Below, in pieces: positions 8,309-17,041 of a stretch of DNA of 37,362 bases (position 1 is its first letter; each line of letters starts with the position of its first letter). Made by a program: the position numbers and the translations under genes. A model generated the notes under the pieces. It ran no database searches and was not told where the DNA came from. It was given only the letters and a program-made list of their open reading frames with translations. Source of the DNA: an uncultured bacterium (GTDB lineage Bacteria > SAR324 > NAC60-12); assembly GCA_964010765.1 (NCBI GenBank), contig CAXGMD010000027.1:1-37362 (forward strand). Reading direction: 5' to 3'.

Positions 8309-9130
8309 CTACTTTCGAGCGGTCGCAATCCGTTTGAAGAGTAGATTGGAGCCAAAACTCATTGTGATCAAGATAGTGGCAATGATTCCTGCGGACACAA
8401 AGTCATTGGCTACATTCACTCTCTGATAAAGCAGTGTCTCCAGCATCAAGACCTTCGCTCCCCCAAGGATCGCAGGGGTGATGTAAGCGGTGAGAGAACC
8501 CGTAAAAACCAGAGTTCCTCCGATGACCAGCCCTTCCTTGGTCAGTGGAAGGATGACCTTCAGAAAGACCTGCAGCCAGTTTGCTCCCAAAACTCGGGCA
8601 GCAGCAACCGCGTCATTTGGCAAATTTTCCATGGCGGAGATCAGGGAAATGATCATCAGTGGCATGAAGAGCTGAAGTAATCCCAGGAAGACCGCTGTCT
8701 CTGTAAATAACAACCGAATCGGTGTGTCACTGAGTCCCAACCCGACGATGGCATCGTTGACAATGCCCGTACGTCCCAAAATGACGATCCAGGCATAGGT
8801 TCGTGCGACAGGGGAGATCATCAGTGGCAAGACCACTAGCCCAAAGATTCGTCCACGATGTTTGGATGGCAGATGGAAGATGGAGAATGCTGTCGCATAT
8901 CCGATAACGGCGCTGACCCCTGCAACGAGGAAGCCTAGTTTGAGAGTTCGGAAAAAGACCGTCTGATTCAGGGGCTTGCTGATAAAGTCCGCATAGCCTT
9001 GCAGCGACCAAGCTTCATCGACCTTGAAGCCTTCTGAAAGGAGGACGAGGACAGGCAACAAGAAGAGGGTTGCTGTGAAAAGTACTGCAGGGAGGGCCAG
9101 CACCAAGCCCTCTAGACGGTTTTGAAACAC
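8309..9130 (-). CDS. ABC transporter permease (PotB-like)
   Basis: RTYAW..ILGRTG, AARVLGA and TPAILGG motifs. Confidence 0.92.
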   Translation of the reverse strand: MFQNRLEGLVLALPAVLFTATLFLLPVLVLLSEGFKVDEAWSLQGYADFISKPLNQTVFFRTLKLGFLVAGVSAVIGYATAFSIFHLPSKHRGRIFGLVVLPLMISPVARTYAWIVILGRTGIVNDAIVGLGLSDTPIRLLFTETAVFLGLLQLFMPLMIISLISAMENLPNDAVAAARVLGANWLQVFLKVILPLTKEGLVIGGTLVFTGSLTAYITPAILGGAKVLMLETLLYQRVNVANDFVSAGIIATILITMSFGSNLLFKRIATARK

Positions 9131-9151
9131 GGTGGGAGTGTTGAGAAGGAG

Positions 9152-9177
9152 GATCCCGGAGTAATCACTCCGAGATC
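9152..9177 (-). other. Intercistronic stem-loop after the binding-protein gene
   Basis: GATCTCGGAGT-gatt-ACTCCGGGATC, an 11-bp stem with one G-U on the minus strand. Confidence 0.65.
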
Positions 9178-9199
9178 TCAGTCAGGTTTGATCAACTAT

Positions 9200-10219
9200 C
9201 TACTTGATGACCTTGGTGTTCCAACGCTCAACCCAGCCTTCACGATTGTCGATGATATCGGCAGGGCTGATGATGTTGAGAGAATCAATGAGCTCAGCAC
9301 CATAAGTCAGGCTCACGGCAACTTCGTCTGAGACTTGAACTTTCTTATTTGCGGGACTGTCAATCTTGGCGTTGGCAATGCGGGTCTGGGACTCCACGGA
9401 GAGCCAGTAATCCATGAATTGATAAGCCAATTCTTCATTGCCATTGCCTTTGGTCATGATCATCACATTCATCCCTCCCGTTTGTCCTTCTTGGGGATTG
9501 GCCCAGACAAAGGGAAGCGGGCTCTTAGCAAAGCTGCTCCAGGCAAAACGTCCAACGGGAGCTGCAATGACTTCTTCTTGGTTCATCAACTGCGCAAGTT
9601 GAGAAGATCGGACGTAAAAGGTGACGATGTCATCAGCCCTTGCGCCAATGCTATCAATGGTTTCTTCAAATCCGTAGCCTTGGTGGCCAAGTGCCTTTGA
9701 CAGCATGAAAAGAGTGAGTGGTCCCTGGGTGCCGGTGATGTTGGGAAGAGCGACTCTGCCGGCAAGTTCAGGGGATAGGAGATCCTTCCAGCTGTTGATT
9801 TGAATCAAGTCGGAGCGATAGACAATTGAACTGGCGTAGAAGGTGTAACCAACGGCCCAATTTTCACCGAGAGGATTCTTGGCCGCCTCATATAGATCAT
9901 TGTAGCTGGAGAGCTTTGAGACATCCAGATTCTGTAGAAGTCCCTTTCGAGCCAAGGCCAGTGCGTCATGAGAAGAGATCACTGCCATGTCGATCACAGG
10001 CTTGGCAGCATTGGCTTCGATTTTGGCCATCCGCTCGACGCTATTGCCGGTTTCGATCACCAGTTCGCAGTCACAGATTGCCTCAAACGGATCATAGAGC
10101 GCTTCTTTGTAAGCATCTTGAGCAAAAGAATAGACGGAGATGGTCAATTTCTTATCTGCGGCGACCGCTGTATGGACTGCGAGAATCGCGCTAATTGCTG
10201 CGAAAATGAGATATTTCAT
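9200..10219 (-). CDS. ABC substrate-binding protein (PotD/family-1 type)
   Basis: Signal peptide, PFEA...ETGNS..R.AK, NPQEG motif; AGGAG SD. Confidence 0.9.
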   Translation of the reverse strand: MKYLIFAAISAILAVHTAVAADKKLTISVYSFAQDAYKEALYDPFEAICDCELVIETGNSVERMAKIEANAAKPVIDMAVISSHDALALARKGLLQNLDVSKLSSYNDLYEAAKNPLGENWAVGYTFYASSIVYRSDLIQINSWKDLLSPELAGRVALPNITGTQGPLTLFMLSKALGHQGYGFEETIDSIGARADDIVTFYVRSSQLAQLMNQEEVIAAPVGRFAWSSFAKSPLPFVWANPQEGQTGGMNVMIMTKGNGNEELAYQFMDYWLSVESQTRIANAKIDSPANKKVQVSDEVAVSLTYGAELIDSLNIISPADIIDNREGWVERWNTKVIK

Positions 10220-10384
10220 TCAGCTCTCCTTGGGATGTTGCCTGGACTGAAAATCGCCCTGAAAGAATAGTACAGGAGGCTCCCTCGCCCCCAGTAATCA
10301 CAAGATTCGGTAGTTCACACCGGTATTTCCTCCAACTTTGGAGAATTTGGAGGTGCAGTACACAAGAAAATCAGCATTGGTCAA
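10220..10384 (-). promoter_or_regulatory. Putative sigma70 promoter and ~130-nt structured leader
   Basis: TTGACC (10384-10379), 18 bp, TACTGC (10360-10355); several hairpins before the SBP start. Confidence 0.4.
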
Positions 10385-10538
10385 GGGAATTTTTGAAGAG
10401 GAAGATAGACAGTAGAGATTTAGTTTGTTTAGCCAAGTTAATCGATCTGATCTTTCAGCAATATGCTGATGGAGTAATTTTCAATGACTATTTTGATCGC
10501 TTCAGTCGAAAACAAGCTTCAAGACATCCGATGAAAAA

Positions 10539-11432
10539 TCACACCAAATCAATCTGCTTCAAGAAATTCAGGTTTCTTTTAGCAGAAGTGAAAGCTTGAT
10601 CCGTTGTTGCTCTTGGCATGTCCTGTTCGATCACCCCAATGCCTTCGAAGTTGATGGTTTCAAGAACAGTCTTCAGTTCTCGAAAATCAATAATTCCATC
10701 TTCCAAGTCACACATCACATCCAGATCAAATGCCTGGTCTGAATCAAGGTTCTCCACAAGAACTTTTTTTTTGATTAGCCCATCTACATTTTTGAAGTGC
10801 AGGTAAGCAATACGCTCAGGGTACCTAATTAGAAAATCCAGCGCCGAGCGGTCGCCTGCTTCAGGACTTCCATTTGAATAAGCGTGATGGCCGGTATCAA
10901 AACATAGATCGATCCCGGTTGCCTCCATCAAATTTTGGATCTCATTTTCATATTCGTAGAGAGATTTGATATGCGGATGAAAAACGGTTTTGATGCCGTG
11001 TTCTTGGAAGGTGAATGCGGCCATCTCACGAATAATCTGAAAATATTTGTTTGATTGTGAGAGGGTCAAATCTGATTTTTTTTCACCGAATCTCCCAACA
11101 TCTGATTCATCCATTGTCACAAGATATTTTGCATTCATCTGAACCAGCAGCGAACACAACGAATTTAACTCTTCCCGAATACTATCTAAATTGCTGATTT
11201 GATCGAAGGCATAGCAGGCCGTTCCCGCACAAACTGACAAGGACCTCTTCTCAAGCTCGGTTGATAACTCCTGATAGTTTGCTGGTAGATAGCCAATGGG
11301 GCCTAGTTCCAGAGCTTGATACCCTGCGGAAGCAGCCTGATCCAAAAAAGTGTGCCAAGGTGTGCCTGATGGAGTTCCATCAGGATACCAGACTCCCCAA
11401 GAACAAGGGGCGGTAGCGATAGTTACTTTCAT
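10539..11432 (-). CDS. IolE-like sugar phosphate isomerase/epimerase (xylose-isomerase-like TIM barrel)
   Basis: APCSWGV, ELGP.GYLP, FHPH, DTGH, HFKN and IEQD motifs. Confidence 0.88.
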   Translation of the reverse strand: MKVTIATAPCSWGVWYPDGTPSGTPWHTFLDQAASAGYQALELGPIGYLPANYQELSTELEKRSLSVCAGTACYAFDQISNLDSIREELNSLCSLLVQMNAKYLVTMDESDVGRFGEKKSDLTLSQSNKYFQIIREMAAFTFQEHGIKTVFHPHIKSLYEYENEIQNLMEATGIDLCFDTGHHAYSNGSPEAGDRSALDFLIRYPERIAYLHFKNVDGLIKKKVLVENLDSDQAFDLDVMCDLEDGIIDFRELKTVLETINFEGIGVIEQDMPRATTDQAFTSAKRNLNFLKQIDLV

Positions 11433-12520
11433 ACTGATTCCGATTTCTTTAAGGTTTCGATGATTTTCTGGAACAGTTCCAGGTCTTCAAGCGAGTCCTG
11501 TAAACTTGTTTTTGGCTTACGACTGGAGGCAATACAGTCGTAAAACTCACAGATTTCATTGACGAAAGGATCCTTGTAATCAGGACCATAGATGGTGGTC
11601 TGAGCGTTCCCCTCAGCATACACAGAAAGTTCTAGTGTAGAAGCTTGATGGCGGACATAGGGAGACTCGTAATTTATTTTGAGCCGTCGATCTTTCTGAT
11701 AGATCTCGATGGTTGCGTCAAATTGAACGATTTCCTGGTTGTTCACTAACTCATAGGTTGCAAGAAATCCGTCGTATTCTAGGACGATGATCAGTAGCAC
11801 CCCTTGATGAGATGCCGCTGCTGCCTTGACCCTAATTGGGGATCCGAATAGCTCACGGACAGCAGAAAAACTATGACAACCAAGGCCGGTTAACATTTGA
11901 TAAGCGGTCCTGTGTGCTTCAGTTGTTTCCGGGCCGAGAGCGCTATCAAGTTGATGGTTGCGCTTCTTCTTGGATGCTTCGATTAAATCCGAGGGGATAT
12001 CAGCAGGTGAAAAGATCGGTCTTGTTTGATTCACAAAAAATGGGCCTTCACAAATAATGTCTCGGAATCTGAGATATTCAGTTTTCTTAGTGCTCACTCG
12101 AATCAGTTCCTTAGCCCTTAGGAACGATCCAGCGTAGCGACGCATGTAGCCAACCATTGTAATTTGATTTGGAAAACCCTGTTCTAAATGAACCAGTTCT
12201 TTTAGTTGCTGGATATTCAGGGTAGCTGGTTTCTCAACGAAGACATGTTTTCCAGATTTGATGGACTCCTGCACAAATTCAAAGTGATGTTGATCTGGAG
12301 ACAGCACAAATACAGCATCAATTTCAGGATCCTTTATGATACCAGATGGAGAAAGATAACTATTTGAAATATTATATTTATTTACAATAAACTCATTTAA
12401 TGAGGGTGAGATGTCCGCAACAGCTTTGATCCGATACTTATCATTTAGATCCGAAAGGATAGGCAAGTGAACAAGCTGGGCAACTTCGCCTAAGCCAATA
12501 ATTCCCACGTTTATTTTCAT
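11429..12520 (-). CDS. Gfo/Idh/MocA family NAD(P) oxidoreductase
   Basis: GIIGLG, HVFVEKP, VGYMRRY; GAGGGA SD before ATG 12520. Confidence 0.9.
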   Translation of the reverse strand: MKINVGIIGLGEVAQLVHLPILSDLNDKYRIKAVADISPSLNEFIVNKYNISNSYLSPSGIIKDPEIDAVFVLSPDQHHFEFVQESIKSGKHVFVEKPATLNIQQLKELVHLEQGFPNQITMVGYMRRYAGSFLRAKELIRVSTKKTEYLRFRDIICEGPFFVNQTRPIFSPADIPSDLIEASKKKRNHQLDSALGPETTEAHRTAYQMLTGLGCHSFSAVRELFGSPIRVKAAAASHQGVLLIIVLEYDGFLATYELVNNQEIVQFDATIEIYQKDRRLKINYESPYVRHQASTLELSVYAEGNAQTTIYGPDYKDPFVNEICEFYDCIASSRKPKTSLQDSLEDLELFQKIIETLKKSESV

Positions 12521-12941
12521 TTGATCCCTCACAAGCCTAAGAAAAATTTTTCGAGACAATTTTGGGTTTTTGCGCCCTGATTGAAATTTAAACAGTATTG
12601 AAAGTTTAAATTTTCTAATTTCTCGAGGAAATAGGTTAGAAGATGGTTAACCTTTAAACATACTCTTGACCATTTATTATTTCACTTTAGTTGTAGAAAC
12701 AAATTTTCAAAGATCTCAGTCAAGCAGTTAAGAAAATTAACAACTTAGTAAGTCGTTTAAGATTTTCAAAATATAAATCTAGTCATTGGATCATGATGTT
12801 TCTTAGCCGTTAGAGGTGTCATCAAATTAAATTTGCCTCAACTTTCTAAGTCAACCATTTGTTGAAGGAGGCCAAATGTAAACAGTTCTATCTGCTCACC
12901 AAGAATCGGTCCTATTTTGAAATTAATCAGTAAAGGAAGTC

Positions 12942-14873
12942 ATGAAAAAAAGTCTTTTTAGCAGGTTTTACAGATTCTCCACTATAACGGGTGTACTCAC
13001 ATTCACAGCGCTGTCAAATTCTGCTCAAGCACAAAGTTGCTCTAGTTACAATGAATCGCCGATGCTGGCAAACGCGGTCGCATCCGGAGCGCTCCCAGAG
13101 GTACGAGAACGTGTTCCTGAGGAACCACTAGTTGTGGAGGTCGCAGAGCAAATTGGTGTTTATGGTGGAACAATGGTTGATACCACGGGAGGGAACCGCT
13201 TAGCTGAATTCCGTCATTTTGGATATGAACCACTCGTGCGCTGGTCAGTAGATGGAAGTGAAATTGTACCTAACGTCGCCAAGAGTTGGCAGATTTCTGA
13301 TGACGCGACAACGTACACCTTCCAACTGCGAAAGGGTATGAAATGGTCTGACGGCGAGGAATTTACGGCTGATGATATTGTGTTTTGGTGGACGTACGTT
13401 GAGTCTAACAAGGACATACAATCCAAGCCGCGTGGCTACATGGTTGTCAAGGGCGAGCAAGCAACAGTAAAGGCAGTGGACAAACATACTGTTCAATTCT
13501 CGTGGTCTAATCCAAATGGCTTGTTATTGGAAAACCTAGCCTCCCCCTACGGAGTTCGGGTTGTACAATTTGCTGAGCACTACCATCGACAATTTATCAA
13601 GGGCTTGAACCCAGATGGGGTCGCAAAACTCATGGCGGCAGATGGTTCTACAGATTACACACAGTGGTGGAATGCTACTGTCGGTAGCTACGGCAAGCAG
13701 TCAGAATACAACAATCCCGCTCGCCCTTCTGTACATGGATGGATTCCCAAAGAACCCTTCCTCGGAAAAGAGCAATTCAAGTTCGAAAGAAATCCATACT
13801 ATTTTAAGGTGGATAAAGCCTGTAACCAACTGCCATACATTGATTATCGTCAATGGGTCCTGGCAGCGGATACTGAAATCCAGTTGGCAAAGTCGCTGAC
13901 TGGTGAGGTTGATATTAGCCGAGTCAATATCTCCACGCCTGCGAACCGAAGTGTCTTCTTTGAAAACATGGAGCAGGGAGACTACCGTTTTGTGGCCGCA
14001 GACTCAGCTGATATGAACGTGGCTAATTTTCAGTTCCCTGAAAATCATCCTGATACCTTCAGGGCTTCTGTTTACCGAGACAAAAACTTCCGCATCGGGC
14101 TGTCCCACGCAATTGACCGAGAAGAGTTGATTGATGTTGTCTTTCTAGGTCAGGGTGAACCGTATCAGGTGGCTCCACGTCCAAGGTCTCCCTTTTATTC
14201 AGAAAAGATGGCCAAACAGTACACTGAATATGATCCTGAGCTTGCAGCAGAATATTTGGATAAAGTACTCAGCAAGAAAGACAGTGACGGATTTCGGTTG
14301 CGCCCCAACGGTGATCGTTTTGTCGTTGTCATTGCGGTCAACAAAGACTTCAAGTCCGACTGGGTTGACATGATGGAGTTGATCAAAGGTTATTGGGAAG
14401 CTGTCGGAGTAGAAACGGTGATTGAGGTTCTTTCGGATGCAACATCCATCAGTCGGCGCGGAGCAGCTGATAATGATATCGGTCTTTGGCTATCCGAAAA
14501 TGGAGCGGGTCGCTTACCTCTCTTAGCACCTAATGATCTGCTTGGAGCAGACAATGACCTTGATTGGAAGAAATATCATGACACTAAAGGGAAAGAGGGA
14601 ACAGAGCCACCCGCAAATGTGAAGCGAATGCTGGAGCTGATTGATCAGATTCCACTGGTTGCTGGCGCCATGCAAGATGAGGTGATGAGTGAATTTTTGG
14701 AGCTGGTGACAGATAACTTTCCTCGCATTGGAATTGCTCTGCCAGCCGGAAACTATCGGGCTGTCAGCAATCGTCTCCGTAATGTGCCTGAGCCTCTGAT
14801 GGAGGGTTGGATGTATCCAGGAATTTCTCCTGCAAACTTTTCAACCTTTTACATAACGAAGGATAAGCAGTAG
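12942..14873 (+). CDS. ABC family-5 (DppA/OppA fold) substrate-binding protein, sugar/glycoside-binding AgpA-like subtype
   Basis: ESPML...V..G.LP.V.ER.PEEP.V N-terminus, LRKGMKWSDG, ERNPYYFKVD...QLPYID. Confidence 0.9.
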   Translation: MKKSLFSRFYRFSTITGVLTFTALSNSAQAQSCSSYNESPMLANAVASGALPEVRERVPEEPLVVEVAEQIGVYGGTMVDTTGGNRLAEFRHFGYEPLVRWSVDGSEIVPNVAKSWQISDDATTYTFQLRKGMKWSDGEEFTADDIVFWWTYVESNKDIQSKPRGYMVVKGEQATVKAVDKHTVQFSWSNPNGLLLENLASPYGVRVVQFAEHYHRQFIKGLNPDGVAKLMAADGSTDYTQWWNATVGSYGKQSEYNNPARPSVHGWIPKEPFLGKEQFKFERNPYYFKVDKACNQLPYIDYRQWVLAADTEIQLAKSLTGEVDISRVNISTPANRSVFFENMEQGDYRFVAADSADMNVANFQFPENHPDTFRASVYRDKNFRIGLSHAIDREELIDVVFLGQGEPYQVAPRPRSPFYSEKMAKQYTEYDPELAAEYLDKVLSKKDSDGFRLRPNGDRFVVVIAVNKDFKSDWVDMMELIKGYWEAVGVETVIEVLSDATSISRRGAADNDIGLWLSENGAGRLPLLAPNDLLGADNDLDWKKYHDTKGKEGTEPPANVKRMLELIDQIPLVAGAMQDEVMSEFLELVTDNFPRIGIALPAGNYRAVSNRLRNVPEPLMEGWMYPGISPANFSTFYITKDKQ

Positions 14874-14880
14874 GTCACTT

Positions 14881-14917
14881 GGGGTGAAGATTGAGATCGC
14901 TTCGAGATCTTTGCCCC
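14881..14917 (+). other. Intercistronic stem-loop after the binding-protein gene
   Basis: GGGGTGAAGAT...ATCTTTGCCCC, an 11-bp stem with G-U pairs. Confidence 0.6.
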
Positions 14918-14936
14918 GCCTTGATATCCTATTCAG

Positions 14937-15944
14937 ATGCTTAGATTCCTCGTCCGAAGACTCTCGTTGATGATGATTACGGTTTTCGTCATCACTGTGG
15001 TTTCCTTCTTCATTATCATTCTACCACCTGGTGATTTCGTGGATAGGATCGTATTGGAGGCCAACCAGTATGGGGAGGTTTTTGAGGAGCATGAGATTGC
15101 TGATCTGCGCCGAATGTATGGACTCGATCAGAGCGCGTTAGAACAATATCTGATATGGATGGGAAATATTCTCTTTCGTGGAGATTTCGGATACTCCTTC
15201 GGGTGGGATGTTCCAGTTTCTGAATTGATTTCTCAACGTCTGGGACTGACAACGACTCTCTCCGTCGTTACCTTGATGTTCATCTGGATCGTAGCGATCC
15301 CAATCGGAATCTATTCTGCGGTTCGTAAGTATTCTCTTGGAGATTATGCAGCCACTTTTGTAGGTTTTGTGGGGCTTGCGGTACCAAATTTTCTCCTAGC
15401 ACTCGTTCTCCTCTACATTTCATTCCGTTACTTTGGCCAAAGCGTTGGAGGACTATTCTCTCCAGAGTATATCAATGCTCCCTGGTCATTCGATAAGTTC
15501 CTCGATTTACTATCTCACCTCTGGATACCGACAATTGTTCTGGGGACTGCTGGGACTGCGGAAGTTATCCGGAAAATTCGAGCTAACCTCCTTGATGAAT
15601 TGCATCGTCCGTATGTGCTGACAGCCCGAGCGAAAGGACTCACAGAATTAAATCTGGTCATTAAATACCCCGTGAGACATTCGCTGAATCCCTTTGTTTC
15701 CGATTTAAATGACCTATTTGTAAAAATCATCTCGGGTGAAACAATTGTTGCTGTCGTACTGGGTCTGCAAACGACAGGACCTCTTCTCTTGCAAGCTCTC
15801 AAAGAAGAGGATCTGTACCTCGCATCTTCCTTGATCATGTTCCTGAGCTTTCTTGCTGTGTTGGGAACTCTATTTTCAGATCTCTGCCTGATGTTATTGG
15901 ATCCGCGCATCAGACGCCAAGCGAGGGAAGGAGAAATGATGTGA
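14937..15944 (+). CDS. ABC permease (DppB/OppB-like)
   Basis: LPPGD, GDFGYS and YVLTARAKGL motifs. Confidence 0.92.
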   Translation: MLRFLVRRLSLMMITVFVITVVSFFIIILPPGDFVDRIVLEANQYGEVFEEHEIADLRRMYGLDQSALEQYLIWMGNILFRGDFGYSFGWDVPVSELISQRLGLTTTLSVVTLMFIWIVAIPIGIYSAVRKYSLGDYAATFVGFVGLAVPNFLLALVLLYISFRYFGQSVGGLFSPEYINAPWSFDKFLDLLSHLWIPTIVLGTAGTAEVIRKIRANLLDELHRPYVLTARAKGLTELNLVIKYPVRHSLNPFVSDLNDLFVKIISGETIVAVVLGLQTTGPLLLQALKEEDLYLASSLIMFLSFLAVLGTLFSDLCLMLLDPRIRRQAREGEMM

Positions 15945-17041
15945 GTTTCGCTGCAGATAACGCAAACTACGGAACATTGATCTGGCGAAGATTCCGGCGA
16001 CATCGTTTGGGCTTTTTGGGGTTCTTGTTCACGATTTTCATTTACCTGGTGGCTGCATTCACCGAATTCCTGGCGCCTCACTCACAATCTACCTACAAAG
16101 CTCGTGATGTCTATGCTCCACCCCAATCAATTCGTTTCTTTGTTAAGGATCGATCTAGACAGGAAACCTTCCGGCTCCACGTCCTAGGATATCGCTCAAA
16201 AGTCGATTATGACTCTGGGAAGCGAACTTTCGTAGAAGATCCACGAAAAATCATTCAACTGGGTTTTTGGGTGAGGGGGGATAAATACGAACTTTGGGGT
16301 TTGTTTGATTATGACCGGCACCTCTTCGGTCCGATTAAAAAAAGTGACCGTGTTTATTTTTTTGGTGCGGACAGATTGGGTCGGGATGTTCTCAGTAGGA
16401 CGATCCATGCGACCCGTGTGTCCATGACTATTGGTTTGGTGGGTGTCGCGCTGAGTTTGATTTTGGGAATCATGATTGGAGGAATTTCAGGGTTTTTTGG
16501 AGGTTTCATCGACCTTGGTATTCAGCGAATGATTGAAATTCTGCAGTCCATTCCTTCGATCCCATTGTGGATTGGTTTAGCCGCCGCGATCCCACCGACA
16601 GCTCCACCGATTCAGACTTATTTCCTGATCACAATCATCCTTTCGATCATCGGATGGACCGGACTCGCCCGCGTTGTGCGAGGACGATTTATGGCTCTCA
16701 AAAATGAAGATTTTATTAAGGCCGCAAGGCTGGATGGAAATCGGCCGCTGCGCATTATTTTCAAATACATGCTTCCGAATTTTCTCTCTCACATTATTGC
16801 AGTGGTAACCCTGGCGATTCCGGGAATGATCATCGCTGAAACGTCGCTAAGCTTTCTGGGGATCGGCCTAAGGCAACCAGTTGTCAGTTGGGGGGTGCTG
16901 TTACAGGAAGCACAGAATCTCAAATCGATTTCGACGGCTCCCTGGCTGTTTCTTCCAGGCTTTGCTGTCGTGCTTGCAGTCCTGTCTTTGAACTTTCTTG
17001 GTGATGGCCTGCGAGATGCGGGGGATCCTTATGAGAACTGA
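15941..17041 (+). CDS. ABC permease (DppC/OppC-like)
   Basis: GADRLGRDVLSR, ETSLSFLGIG, NFLGDGLRDA. Confidence 0.92.
   Translation: MSFAADNANYGTLIWRRFRRHRLGFLGFLFTIFIYLVAAFTEFLAPHSQSTYKARDVYAPPQSIRFFVKDRSRQETFRLHVLGYRSKVDYDSGKRTFVEDPRKIIQLGFWVRGDKYELWGLFDYDRHLFGPIKKSDRVYFFGADRLGRDVLSRTIHATRVSMTIGLVGVALSLILGIMIGGISGFFGGFIDLGIQRMIEILQSIPSIPLWIGLAAAIPPTAPPIQTYFLITIILSIIGWTGLARVVRGRFMALKNEDFIKAARLDGNRPLRIIFKYMLPNFLSHIIAVVTLAIPGMIIAETSLSFLGIGLRQPVVSWGVLLQEAQNLKSISTAPWLFLPGFAVVLAVLSLNFLGDGLRDAGDPYEN

Noticed and set aside
6373..10219. Assigning potABCD gene symbols
   Set aside because: Only family-level similarity; the gene context points to nucleosides rather than polyamines.
10270..10345. TPP, ZTP or purine riboswitch call for the leader
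   Set aside because: It shares words such as AAATACC and GCGAGGGA with TPP aptamers but lacks the UGAGA and CCUGAU cores; no known consensus fits.
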